From Thermoproteota archaeon (GTDB lineage Archaea; Thermoproteota; Thermoprotei; Gearchaeales; Gearchaeaceae): 64,000 nt of DNA. Made by a program: the position numbers and the translations under genes. Below are positions 28,924-38,778 of this stretch, in pieces; positions within the stretch are counted from its first letter, which is position 1, and every line of letters begins with the position of its first letter. The stretch is taken from assembly GCA_021324265.1 (NCBI GenBank), contig JAJPJK010000008.1:33041-97040 (forward strand), given 5' to 3'. A model generated the notes under the pieces. That model searched no databases. It saw nothing but the letters and a program-made list of their open reading frames with translations, and had not been told where the DNA came from.

Positions 28924-29556
28924 CTAAAATGTCTCTTCGTATATTGCATTCCAAAATTCTAGTTCATATTTTTGAATGGTCAACGCAAGTAAAGGAATCT
29001 CTTTGTATTCCTCTAAGCTGTACTTCTCCAGAATCTTTAGCGCAAAATACTCGAGTTCTCTATCCCATTTAGCTTCTACAAAAAAAGGTAGATATAGGTT
29101 GTAGTTTTTGTTTATGAGTAAACCTATTTTATTGATATTTTCTATAAATATTGGAAAGTTGATCAAAATTAGAATTATTTGCTCAGGTAATGAACGGAAA
29201 TATGCTATATAAAAAAAGAAGTGGGTAAAGGCTACCGCTCTAGGATTTGGGACGATCGTCTCTTTTTTGATCCCAAGCTTATCCAAAGATTCATCTACTT
29301 TCTTAATTGCTTCTTGATGACTGATTATCAGTTTGAGGAAGAAATCGTTATCAGGATATTCGGATCGAGAATACATAAGTGCTAGAGCTTTTGAATCACT
29401 TCTAGCGATATAGTATTGTTGTTGAAGAAGATTTCTTATTTTGTCAATAGAAATCTTACCTTGGCTGAGATCTTCTATAAATCTATGGCGCGAAATTTTT
29501 AGGTTTATTTCTTGAAGTTCATATCTGAGCTTTTCTAGAAATTCCAACGGTTTCAT
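28924..29556 (-). CDS. TenA/thiaminase-II family (heme-oxygenase-like fold) protein
   Basis: The N-terminal pattern HRFIEDLSQGKISIDKIRNLLQQQYYIARSDSKALALM matches the TenA hPFhxxLxxGxLxxxxFxxYLxQDYxYL...ALAL signature. Confidence 0.55.
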   Translation of the reverse strand: MKPLEFLEKLRYELQEINLKISRHRFIEDLSQGKISIDKIRNLLQQQYYIARSDSKALALMYSRSEYPDNDFFLKLIISHQEAIKKVDESLDKLGIKKETIVPNPRAVAFTHFFFYIAYFRSLPEQIILILINFPIFIENINKIGLLINKNYNLYLPFFVEAKWDRELEYFALKILEKYSLEEYKEIPLLALTIQKYELEFWNAIYEETF

Positions 29557-29894
29557 AAAATAAAATTATATGCAAGACAAATAATTTAGAGTCTAGATCT
29601 GCTTTCAATACCTTAATAAAGGTAGTCCTTTATTGAGACACACTCTTCGTAGCTGCGTTTATAGCCAGTATACCGAACATTAAGAAAAGCAGTTAACTAA
29701 AATTGTTTGCATAATAACTTGTACCAAAGCCATTATCCTGAGTCAGCCATCCAACTTAGCCTTAATCGCCCTTGCTAAAGATTCATTGAAGCATCTAACT
29801 AAAGCTTTTTCCTTCATAACTGAAAACGATTCGTACTTAGAAAATACATCAACTAACAAAAAGAGATGATGCTACAGTTTACAGAAACAATTTC

Positions 29895-29989
29895 CCCATG
29901 AATTTTTTAATTTTTTTAAAAATCTTCCCCTTTTTTTTGAAAAATAATAAAAAAATTTTTTTAAAAAAAGATAAAACAATTTTCACAGC
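29895..29989. promoter_or_regulatory. Extremely AT-rich tract with long homopolymeric A/T runs immediately upstream of the second ZnR-GT2 module
   Basis: The sequence aatttttttaatttttttaaaaatcttccccttttttttgaaaaataataaaaaaatttttttaaaaaaag ends about 20 nt before the 29990 start codon. Confidence 0.4.
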
Positions 29990-30958
29990 ATGCAACTGGA
30001 ACGATTGCATGTTGGAAATGAAGTTAATTTGAATTATCAGGAGGGGGATATGATAATCGGATTGTTACAAGGAATTAAACCCGATGAAGAATTGATCCCT
30101 ATTTATAACCCCGTTTTAGGTATTTCCTATAAGATTAAAGGTATAGATTTAATGTTAGAACAACTCGAGGAGCTTGAGAATAGAGGTATACTTGAGCGTG
30201 TTGGTATAAAATCGTTTCCTATTTGTCCTTTCTGTAATACTTCGTTATTCAAGCCAAACATAGTATGCCCCTCATGTAAATCACCTTCTTTGATAAAATC
30301 TGAATTTTTAGTACATTACGAATGTAATTATATTGGGGAAATTTCTGAGTTTCAGAAAGAGACAAATATTTTTGTTTGTCCAAAATGTAATAGACAACTA
30401 AAAAGAGTAGGGATAGATTATGGCAGACCAGGTAAACTCTATAAATGCAAAAAATGTAATGAAATAAACCAATATCCTTTAATTGAACTTGAATGTACAA
30501 ACAACCACATATTTAAGATTGACGAGGCTGAAATGAGGCAGTATCCGATATATAAAGTATCCATTCAACGTAAAATACCCTTCATCACAGAAATATATGA
30601 AGAACTCAAAACTGCATTAAAATATTTTTCAGAAAATTTAACAATTAAATACTTAGAAAGCATAAAAATTGATGAGAATCAAATATATAACATTCCAATT
30701 TCAATAACCGAAAATAATAAAAAGATTAAAATTTTTATAGATTTTATACTAGATGAAAAGGATATCGATAAAAAAATAATAAATATATTTAAAACTATAT
30801 TAAAATTTGATGTGATATTTATCCTAGTTTTAAGAAGTGATCTTGTCGATACTGAGATATTTAATCCAAAGAAATTCACTGTTTTATATATCAAAAAAAT
30901 TGAAAAAAATGAAATTATTGCAAGGCTTCTAGGTGCTATATTTAACAAAATCATTTGA
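29990..30958 (+). CDS. Cytosolic wHTH-like plus tandem zinc-ribbon protein (copy 2, paralogue of 26515-27468)
   Basis: About 55% identical to copy 1 by eye. Shared blocks include NPVLGISYKI, HYECNYI, VGIDYGRPGKLYKC, NQYPL, NNHIFKIDEAE and the same four Cys pairs. Confidence 0.55.
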   Translation: MQLERLHVGNEVNLNYQEGDMIIGLLQGIKPDEELIPIYNPVLGISYKIKGIDLMLEQLEELENRGILERVGIKSFPICPFCNTSLFKPNIVCPSCKSPSLIKSEFLVHYECNYIGEISEFQKETNIFVCPKCNRQLKRVGIDYGRPGKLYKCKKCNEINQYPLIELECTNNHIFKIDEAEMRQYPIYKVSIQRKIPFITEIYEELKTALKYFSENLTIKYLESIKIDENQIYNIPISITENNKKIKIFIDFILDEKDIDKKIINIFKTILKFDVIFILVLRSDLVDTEIFNPKKFTVLYIKKIEKNEIIARLLGAIFNKII

Positions 30959-32299
30959 ATGAAAAAGAAGTCTCTTTATTTTATTATTTTATTATTATTA
31001 ATATGCATACTTATTTTATTTAGTCTAAGGCCATTTATTATATTTCTAGCTTATTTTATTTTAATTATTTATACTTTTTGGGGAATATATCATATAGTTC
31101 TCTTAATTTTTGGATTAAGATCACCCTTCCAACCTAGATTAAATCCAATCTCGTACCCCAAAATTTCAGTAATAATACCTGCTAGGAATGAAATAGTTTT
31201 AGGAAGAACAATTGAAACAATACTTCATGATGTGAAGTACCCATTAGGAAAGAAAGAAATAATAGTTGTAACAGAGGATTCGTTATGTGAAAGAATTACT
31301 CTATGGTATCAACAAAAATATCCAGAAATTATAAAATTGTTAAAGAGGAAAGAATTCTTTCCCACGAAACCAAGCGCTCTTAATGATGCTTTTCAATTTG
31401 CTACAGGCGAGATTGTAGGAATTGTAGATGTTGAAGACATATTGGAAATAGATGCTTTTTATAAGATTGCATCTGCTATGAAAGGTCACGATATAGATAT
31501 AATTCAAGCAATACTAAGAGTATCCAACGAAAATGATAGTTGGATAACTAGGATTTTTTCAATGGAATATGCAGGTTGGTTTAGGATCATTCTCAATGGT
31601 AGAAGCAAAATGGACCTATTTACACCCTTAGGTGGAACAGGGAATTATTTTAAAAAGGAACTAGTCAAGTTTGTAGGAGGTTGGGATTCTCTTAATTTAA
31701 CAGAAGATGCAGAAATCACTGTGAGGTTCACATTATCAAAGAGGAAAGTCGTTGTATTAGATCTTAGACAATGGGAAGAAGCACCAGTAACTTTCAAAGC
31801 TTGGTTAAGGCAAAGGACAAGATGGTTTAGGGGTTGGATGCAAACATTTTGGAGCTACTTTAATCTCTTATTCAAGAGATGGGCAATCAAGAGAATAGGA
31901 TTCTTTAACATTCTGAGTATAATGATAATGCTTATTGCGCCATTTCTAGTTATACTTAATTGGGTTGCATACTCTTTAACAACCTTGTGGTTGTTAGAAT
32001 ATTTTAGGATATTACATACTAACGTAATGGCAGATACATTTCCTTTCTTCGCAATAGCTCCTACCTTATTTAATATTCTTTATTACTACATATGGCTAAA
32101 AGGAGCTAGTTTAGAAAAGATAGGAAAGAAAAATTACCTATACATTCCTCATATGATATTTTATATGAATGTTATGATGCCATTGGCAAGTCTAAGAGCC
32201 TTATACCAAGAAATAACAAAACCAATTTATTGGGATAAAACAGAGCATGATGGAAGAGGAGTTAAATGGATTACAGTGGTCGGTAAAACTAATCAATGA
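30959..32299 (+). CDS. Processive membrane GT2 synthase, copy 2 (paralogue of 27465-28799)
   Basis: Same architecture, with QRTRWFRGW and VDVEDI. It lies immediately adjacent to its partner gene (30958/30959). Confidence 0.8.
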   Translation: MKKKSLYFIILLLLICILILFSLRPFIIFLAYFILIIYTFWGIYHIVLLIFGLRSPFQPRLNPISYPKISVIIPARNEIVLGRTIETILHDVKYPLGKKEIIVVTEDSLCERITLWYQQKYPEIIKLLKRKEFFPTKPSALNDAFQFATGEIVGIVDVEDILEIDAFYKIASAMKGHDIDIIQAILRVSNENDSWITRIFSMEYAGWFRIILNGRSKMDLFTPLGGTGNYFKKELVKFVGGWDSLNLTEDAEITVRFTLSKRKVVVLDLRQWEEAPVTFKAWLRQRTRWFRGWMQTFWSYFNLLFKRWAIKRIGFFNILSIMIMLIAPFLVILNWVAYSLTTLWLLEYFRILHTNVMADTFPFFAIAPTLFNILYYYIWLKGASLEKIGKKNYLYIPHMIFYMNVMMPLASLRALYQEITKPIYWDKTEHDGRGVKWITVVGKTNQ

Positions 32300-32500
32300 T
32301 TACATTAAATTATTTCATTTATAATTAACTATACAAAAATAGGTGGCTAAAATTAAATTGGAATTTATAAATACCAAAAAATCTACATTATGTTTCGTAA
32401 TATACTATTACCATATTAAAGAATTCTTATTTAGATTTAAATCTTAGGTCTATATCTTATTTTCTAAAAGACTATAAAAAACTTGGAAATTTATAATATA

Positions 32501-33562
32501 TTAAAGTTCTGATAAAAAACTAAGAGATTGAGAGATGATTTCTATGCTTTTAAGAAAATCCTTTATTGAGACATGCTCTTCGTCGGTGTGTTCATATCTA
32601 GGATTTCCTGGACCGTATGAAATACAATTCAAGTTGAAATTCTTTGCAAAGTAATTCATATCTGAACTTCCGCTCTTAATCACTATTCTGGGTTTTCTTT
32701 TTAACATTTTGGCAATGGACTTTTTAAACGCAAAAACTAAAGGACTTGACTTATTTGCTAAAACAGGATCGCACTCTGAAAGCCATTCAATATTAATTAA
32801 CGAATTTTTTGATGTGATAATTTCCAATATTTTATTCTTTACATTCAGCGCATTAATACCTATAGGAATTCTAACGTCAACGATTGCTTTGCAAAAATCA
32901 GGAATTACATTATTCGCGATTCCACCTTCAATTAAAACAGGGTTTACCGTGATGGAATTAATACTTTTAGATACATCTATTTGATTTAATTCCTCTAACT
33001 TTTTTAAGAGATCTACAATTTCTTTTATTGCATTCATATCTTCTTTCGATGCATGGGCTTTTGAAGTTCTGCATGTTATCTTTAAGGCTACGCGGCCGCG
33101 ATAACCAATAACAACTCCATCAAGATTTGAAGGTTCGCCGAAAATTGCATAGTCAGATTTTAAAAGCTCTTTGTTTATTTTTAATATTCCGGGATTTTCG
33201 CTTTCTTCTCCGATGACGCATGCTATTTTCAGCTCAAGATTATAGTCCTTTTTTAAAGCTGCAAAAATCAAAGCTAATAGAGAAGTCTTAGCGTCTACAC
33301 TTCCTCTTGCAAAGATAATATCGTCTTCTTTTTTAAAGGGGATAATTCCAGGTACGGTATCAACATGACCACAAAGTAATACTTTTTTATATCCTTTCCC
33401 TATTCTAGCTATTAAATTTCCTTCGATTATTGTTGTTTCAATTCCAAATTCTGAAAATAAGTCCTTAAGAAAATCTATCGCTTTCTCTTCATTACCTGAA
33501 GGAGAATATATCTTCAAAAATTCTTCTAGTGTTTTAATAGGTTCCATTTGCAATCTTTTCAA
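32501..33562 (-). CDS. lysK: M20-family deacylase: [LysW]-lysine/ornithine hydrolase (LysK/ArgE-like)
   Basis: The M20 metal-binding motif region CGHVDTVP, and its position at the end of the lysWXYZJ cluster. Confidence 0.75.
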   Translation of the reverse strand: MKRLQMEPIKTLEEFLKIYSPSGNEEKAIDFLKDLFSEFGIETTIIEGNLIARIGKGYKKVLLCGHVDTVPGIIPFKKEDDIIFARGSVDAKTSLLALIFAALKKDYNLELKIACVIGEESENPGILKINKELLKSDYAIFGEPSNLDGVVIGYRGRVALKITCRTSKAHASKEDMNAIKEIVDLLKKLEELNQIDVSKSINSITVNPVLIEGGIANNVIPDFCKAIVDVRIPIGINALNVKNKILEIITSKNSLINIEWLSECDPVLANKSSPLVFAFKKSIAKMLKRKPRIVIKSGSSDMNYFAKNFNLNCISYGPGNPRYEHTDEEHVSIKDFLKSIEIISQSLSFLSEL

Positions 33563-34688
33563 TTGCCTCTTTTATTTGCTCAATTCTTATATTCAAAGGT
33601 GGAAGAAATCTTAGAGTATTAGGCGCTGTATAACAACAAATTAAACCATTTTTCATTAATCTATTCAACGTATTTTTAACGTCGATTTTAAATTCAATAG
33701 CGACCATCAAGCCTTTCCCTCTAATCTCTTTAATCCCTTTGTTATCTAAGTTTCTTAATCCTTTAAGGAATTCTTCTCCCATAATTTTTGCATTTTCCCA
33801 TAGCTGATTATCAACTATGAATTTCAAAACATTCTTTGCTACCGCACAAACTAAAGGATTAGCACTAAACGTGCTTGTATGTTCTCCTGTCTTAAGTAAA
33901 TTGAACTCCTCTCTAGTTATAACACAACCTACTGGAAGACCGCCTGCCAATCCTTTACCAATGCATAAAATATCTGGAATAACTTTACTGTATTCAAAAC
34001 AAAAAAGTCTTCCTGTTCTCCCTAAACCTGTTTGAATTTCGTCGAGTACTAATATAATGCCCTTTTCATCGCAAATATCACGAATTGTTCTTAAATACTC
34101 CTCATCGGGAATTATTACTCCAGATTCTCCTTGTATCGGCTCAACTATTATAGCTCCGGTCTCTTCGTCTATTTTCTCCATTAAATCTTCAATATTGTTA
34201 TATTTAGCAAACTCGACATATTGCAAAAGTGGTTCAAAACTTTCTCTATATTTTTTCTTACCTGTTAAAGAAAGAGCACCAAAAGTTTTTCCATGATATG
34301 AGTTTTCCATGCTAATGATTTTCTTCTTCCCTTTTTTTCTGACCAATTTAATGGCGAGTTCAATAGCTTCAGAGCCACTGTTAGTCAAGAAACATCTACT
34401 TAATTCGCTGGGTAATACACTGAAGAGCAGTTCTAAAAATTCTGCCCTAACATCTAAATATAATGAAGAATGGCATGTGATTATTTTATTGATTTGTTCG
34501 ATTATTGCATTTTTTATGACTTCATGATTGTGTCCTAGCAAGGCAACACCATATCCGCACATGAAATCTAAATACTTCTTGCCCTCGATATCATAGACAT
34601 AGAATCCCTCACCTCTTTCAATAACTACAGGTAGCTTGTAGAAACTATTTAATTGATGCAAATCCTCAATTTCCCTATAATTTAACAT
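33534..34688 (-). CDS. lysJ: Class-III aminotransferase (acetylornithine/LysW-gamma-semialdehyde aminotransferase, LysJ/ArgD)
   Basis: The PLP Lys motif region DEIQTGLGRTG and the N-terminal GxGVxxLGH. Confidence 0.85.
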   Translation of the reverse strand: MLNYREIEDLHQLNSFYKLPVVIERGEGFYVYDIEGKKYLDFMCGYGVALLGHNHEVIKNAIIEQINKIITCHSSLYLDVRAEFLELLFSVLPSELSRCFLTNSGSEAIELAIKLVRKKGKKKIISMENSYHGKTFGALSLTGKKKYRESFEPLLQYVEFAKYNNIEDLMEKIDEETGAIIVEPIQGESGVIIPDEEYLRTIRDICDEKGIILVLDEIQTGLGRTGRLFCFEYSKVIPDILCIGKGLAGGLPVGCVITREEFNLLKTGEHTSTFSANPLVCAVAKNVLKFIVDNQLWENAKIMGEEFLKGLRNLDNKGIKEIRGKGLMVAIEFKIDVKNTLNRLMKNGLICCYTAPNTLRFLPPLNIRIEQIKEAIEKIANGTY

Positions 34689-35488
34689 GGTGTAAGGATT
34701 GTTTTCTTCGACATATACTCAAGATTGCTAAGATTGAGATCTTCAGCGAAACCATTAGCGATGATGACTTTTTTCGTGCCATTTCTTAGAGCTTGCATCG
34801 AAGCTAAAAGCTTCATCTTCATTCCCTGACCAATGCGTTCCATTATTTTCTCGATTTCATTAGCATCCAATTCTTCAATCAGCTTTCCATCAACATAAAC
34901 GCCATCTACATTTGTAAGGAAAATGAGATGATCAGCCTTCATGGCAGAGGCAATCGCAGATGCCATACGGTCGCTATCAACATTAAGCATTTCACCTTCA
35001 ATGCCTATGGCTACAGGTGAAACAATTGGAATGAAACCCCCTTCTATTAGCATATTGAAGACTTTCACATCAACATTTTTAATAACTCCAGTAAAGCCAC
35101 CTTCAATGAAAAACTTCCTATCACCTTCTTTGATGAGTAAGCGTTTCTTTCGTTCCGCCATTACACAAAGACCATCAATACCAGTAATGCAAAATGGCCT
35201 TAGCCCTTGTTTCAAAAGTTTAAGCGCTATTCTTTTGGAGATTAGACCACTCATGACCATTGAATAAACTTTTATTGTTTCTTCATCAGTATACCTGCTC
35301 TCAATACCTGAACTGGAAGTAACGAATTTTTGTCTTACTCCAAGTCTTTCAGCGATATACGTTACTTCATCTCCCCCTCCATGAATCAAAACAACAGGCT
35401 CAAGCTTCGCAACGTTGGCGATTTCTGCAAAGAGCATTTCATTGCTTCTTTCACCAACCAATTCACCTCCCAACTTTATTACCTTCAT
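34682..35488 (-). CDS. lysZ: Amino-acid kinase family: [LysW]-aminoadipate/glutamate kinase (LysZ/ArgB)
   Basis: Its start is KLGGELV and it is followed by LIHGGG, a layout typical of ArgB/LysZ. Confidence 0.85.
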   Translation of the reverse strand: MKVIKLGGELVGERSNEMLFAEIANVAKLEPVVLIHGGGDEVTYIAERLGVRQKFVTSSSGIESRYTDEETIKVYSMVMSGLISKRIALKLLKQGLRPFCITGIDGLCVMAERKKRLLIKEGDRKFFIEGGFTGVIKNVDVKVFNMLIEGGFIPIVSPVAIGIEGEMLNVDSDRMASAIASAMKADHLIFLTNVDGVYVDGKLIEELDANEIEKIMERIGQGMKMKLLASMQALRNGTKKVIIANGFAEDLNLSNLEYMSKKTILTPC

Positions 35489-36528
35489 ATTGGGAATGGT
35501 GAAGAACTATACAAACCTTCTGCTTCATCAAAACCGAACATAATATTCATGCATTGAACAGCATTTCCCGCTGCACCTTTCACAAGATTATCAAGTGCCG
35601 ATATTAGAACCAATCTTCGATTAGACTCATCTATTTCGAAGCCTATGTCGCAGAAGTTCGAACCAATTAGATTCTTTGGATCAGGATAACGATAAATTCC
35701 CCTTTCTTCTCTCACTATTCTTATGAATTTTTCGTTGACGTAATATGTCCTATAGATTCTCCAAAGATCCTTTATCTCTACTTCTTTTTCAATGAAACAA
35801 TGTAGCGTAGCTAAAAGCCCGCGAACAATATCGACAGCATGAGCTGAAAGTGCTATCTTAGTTTTCTTTATCCTAGCCAGCTCTTGCTCAATTTCTGGCG
35901 TATGTCTATGATTAATTGGCTTGTAAGCCCTAATGCTATTAGCTCGCTGAGAGTGAATTGAGCTAAAAGAATTTTTTGAACCTGAACCAGAAGAACCCAT
36001 TTTCGAATCGATGATTACTGTGCTATCTACAATTCCTTCTTTCACCAAAGGATATAACGCTAAAATGGAAGAAGTTGCTATGCAACCAGGACATGATACG
36101 AGTTCTGCATCCTTGATCTCACTTCTATTAAGCTCGGGAAGGCCATAGACAGCTTTTTTTAAAATATCAGGATGAGGATGACTGAAGCCATAATATCTAA
36201 TGTAATCAGCTGGGTCCTTAAGCCTAAACATAGGAGTGAGATCGATTACCTTAAGCCCACGCTTAAGAAGCGCAGGGACTAACCTAAGTGAAGAATTGTA
36301 TGAAGATGAAACAAATGCGATATCACACTTCGAGGCCTTTTCGAGGTCATACCCTTCAAGCCTATAGTTGAATATTTTCCTGAGATTGGGATGTAATTGA
36401 TGCAGGAATTTTCCTTTGTGAGATTCAGAAGCTATCAAGGCTAGTTCAACTGAGCTGTGCTGAAGCAGAAGTCTTATTAGCTCGCCCGCAACATAGCCTG
36501 AGGCCCCGAAGATAGCTACTTTAACCAT
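35485..36528 (-). CDS. lysY: N-acetyl-gamma-glutamyl-phosphate/LysW-aminoadipyl-phosphate reductase (LysY/ArgC)
   Basis: N-terminal Rossmann VAIFGASGYVAGELIRLL and the catalytic Cys region SCPGCIATS. Confidence 0.85.
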   Translation of the reverse strand: MVKVAIFGASGYVAGELIRLLLQHSSVELALIASESHKGKFLHQLHPNLRKIFNYRLEGYDLEKASKCDIAFVSSSYNSSLRLVPALLKRGLKVIDLTPMFRLKDPADYIRYYGFSHPHPDILKKAVYGLPELNRSEIKDAELVSCPGCIATSSILALYPLVKEGIVDSTVIIDSKMGSSGSGSKNSFSSIHSQRANSIRAYKPINHRHTPEIEQELARIKKTKIALSAHAVDIVRGLLATLHCFIEKEVEIKDLWRIYRTYYVNEKFIRIVREERGIYRYPDPKNLIGSNFCDIGFEIDESNRRLVLISALDNLVKGAAGNAVQCMNIMFGFDEAEGLYSSSPFPI

Positions 36529-37360
36529 TCACAACGTACTCTATGATTTTTTCTGCAATATCGTGTGCTGTGCATGCCTGTGCGCCTTTAAATTCTGGCG
36601 TTGGATTTACATCATTGACCAAATAGCCTTCTTTGGATTCCATCACATCAATGCCGAATATACCCCCATTTAATGTCTTGGAAATTTTTTCTGCTAAACT
36701 TTTTAGTTCTTCATTCAATTCACAAGGCGTAGTTATTGCACCTTGAGCTACGTTCGTTGCCCAGACTCCTTCTTTAGAATTCCTGTATACACATGCTATA
36801 ATATCTTTTCCTGCAATAATCATGCGTATATCTCTAGGAGGTCTTTCAACTAGTTCTTGGACATAATATACATTGTTAGGGGGATGCATAATGTTATCGA
36901 ATAGATCTAAAATAGGCTTCATTTCTTGCTTGCTAAATATTGGCGTAACATATCTCCCCCAGCTGCCAACTAAAGGCTTTACCACGGCCCTAAAATCGAG
37001 CTTTTCTATCGCTTCCTCAGCTTTTTCCCTATCGAACGCTATATAAGTTCTAGGCGTTTTTATGCCTGCTTTATTCAGTAATAACGTTAAAAAGAGCTTA
37101 TTGCCAAGGATAGCAGAAACACTAAACTTATTCATGACTTTAAGGCCAACATCTTCTAGTATCTTTGAAGCATAAAGTCCATGATAATGACTTATGCATC
37201 TCTGAAGCACCAAGTCATAGTCATCGAACTGAATGCGAGATAAATCAAGTATAATTTCGTTCAGGTTCAATAAAATAGGCTTTAGCCCTTTTTTTAAAGC
37301 TGCATCTAATAATCTTTTCTCTTCCCACCTTGGTCTATCTATTAAGATTGCTATCTTCAA
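36521..37360 (-). CDS. lysX: ATP-grasp RimK/LysX-family ligase (alpha-aminoadipate/glutamate--LysW ligase; LysX/ArgX)
   Basis: RimK-type ATP-grasp of about 280 aa, placed immediately upstream of the carrier-protein gene. Confidence 0.8.
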   Translation of the reverse strand: MKIAILIDRPRWEEKRLLDAALKKGLKPILLNLNEIILDLSRIQFDDYDLVLQRCISHYHGLYASKILEDVGLKVMNKFSVSAILGNKLFLTLLLNKAGIKTPRTYIAFDREKAEEAIEKLDFRAVVKPLVGSWGRYVTPIFSKQEMKPILDLFDNIMHPPNNVYYVQELVERPPRDIRMIIAGKDIIACVYRNSKEGVWATNVAQGAITTPCELNEELKSLAEKISKTLNGGIFGIDVMESKEGYLVNDVNPTPEFKGAQACTAHDIAEKIIEYVVNG

Positions 37361-37361
37361 A

Positions 37362-37547
37362 CTACTCTCCCCAGTCTTCTTCTATCTTCTCAGCTTCCTT
37401 TATTATCACTCCCTTCTCAGTTACCTTAACGACCTCATATTCTGATCCGCACTCAGGACATGTTATAAGTTCACCTACTACTACGTCATCCTGAATCTCT
37501 ATATCAGCATCACAGAGTTCACACTTTACAAGCTTACTCATCACCAC
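37362..37547 (-). CDS. lysW: LysW/ArgW amino-group carrier protein
   Basis: 61 aa with a Zn ribbon (CELCDADIEI...CPECGS) and the hallmark C-terminal EDWGE tail used for gamma-glutamyl attachment. Confidence 0.85.
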   Translation of the reverse strand: MVMSKLVKCELCDADIEIQDDVVVGELITCPECGSEYEVVKVTEKGVIIKEAEKIEEDWGE

Positions 37548-38745
37548 CGCCGCTTTTCAAATTACTTAGAATAGTCGGCAAGCCCCAAATTTCAATGAAC
37601 CCTAGCGCGTTTTTCTGATCAAAGATTGACTTGAAGGAATAAGTGGCTATATTTAGATCATATCCTGAATATTGAGAACTCCTAGATACGATTCTATAGC
37701 CGCCTTTATAGAGCTTCAAAGTTACCTTACCAGTAGCGAAATCTTGAGTTGAATCGATGAAAGCTTCAAGATTTCTTCTTAGTGGATCAGCCCATAAACC
37801 TGCATACACAAGCCATGACCATTCTTTTTCCACAAGTTTTTTGAAGAAGAGCTGATTTCTGTTGAGAATAAGTTTCTCCAATTCTGAATGTGCTTCGATC
37901 AAACATGTCGCAGCAGGACACTCATATACCTCCCTAGACTTGAAGCCTATTGCTCTATCCTCCATATGATCTATTCTTCCTACTCCATTCTGACCAGCAA
38001 TGCTATTCAGCGTTACAATGAGGTCGCTTAGTTTCATTTTTTCACCATTAAGTTCTACAGGGATTCCCTTTTCGAAACCTATCGTTACGTATGTGCTTTT
38101 ATCCGGAGCTTTTTCTGGAGCCACTGTCCATTCAAAGTAATCCTCAAGTGGCTCTGCTGAAGGATCCTCCAAAATATCGCCTTCGATACTCCTACCCCAA
38201 AGATTTTCGTCTACACTCACTCTACTTCTAGAAGGTTTGAAATCAAAACCTTTAGCTTTAAGATATTCAAGTTCCTGGTCTCTATTCATGTTCCACTCCC
38301 TCACAGGTGCAATAATTTTAAGCTTAGGGTCAAGAGCCCTTATAGTAATATCGAACCTGATCTGATCATTCCCTTTACCTGTGCATCCATGGGCTACATA
38401 GCTCGCTCCTTCTTGCTTAGCAATTTTTACCAACCAAGAAGCTATCAATGGCCTTGCCAGCGCGGTGCTAAGTGGATATTTATCCTCATAGAGCCCATTT
38501 GCCTTGATACACTTAGATATGTATTTGTCAGCGAATTCATCTAAGGCATCTATAGTATAATGTTTTTTGGCCCCAAGTAGCTTTGATTTCTCTTCAATGT
38601 TTCCGAAATCCTCTTTTTGCCCTATCTTCAATGTTACGGTGATCACATCTAGGTCATATTTTTCCTGTAACCAGAGTACTGCAGTAGATGTATCGAGACC
38701 TCCAGAGAAGCCAAGTACAACCTTTTCTTTCATAGGAAAAAGCAT
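37534..38745 (-). CDS. argG: Argininosuccinate synthase
   Basis: The N-terminal PP-loop VVLGFSGGLDTS and its length and conservation pattern. Confidence 0.9.
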   Translation of the reverse strand: MLFPMKEKVVLGFSGGLDTSTAVLWLQEKYDLDVITVTLKIGQKEDFGNIEEKSKLLGAKKHYTIDALDEFADKYISKCIKANGLYEDKYPLSTALARPLIASWLVKIAKQEGASYVAHGCTGKGNDQIRFDITIRALDPKLKIIAPVREWNMNRDQELEYLKAKGFDFKPSRSRVSVDENLWGRSIEGDILEDPSAEPLEDYFEWTVAPEKAPDKSTYVTIGFEKGIPVELNGEKMKLSDLIVTLNSIAGQNGVGRIDHMEDRAIGFKSREVYECPAATCLIEAHSELEKLILNRNQLFFKKLVEKEWSWLVYAGLWADPLRRNLEAFIDSTQDFATGKVTLKLYKGGYRIVSRSSQYSGYDLNIATYSFKSIFDQKNALGFIEIWGLPTILSNLKSGGGDE

Positions 38746-38778
38746 TTAAGGGTTATTATTTAAATATATTGACTGCTA
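38746..38778. promoter_or_regulatory. 33-bp divergent intergenic region (argG on -, ACT protein/argH on +) with a TATA-like element ttattatttaaatat
   Basis: The genes are divergent and leave too little space for 5' UTRs, implying leaderless transcripts in both directions. Confidence 0.35.

Noticed and set aside
28924-29556. Possibility that the TenA-like gene between the two GT2 modules is a functional component of the polysaccharide system
   Set aside because: Its motif pattern fits TenA/thiaminase-II (thiamine salvage). It is on the opposite strand with its own intergenic regions, so it is more likely a passenger or the duplication breakpoint than a subunit. It is kept only as context.
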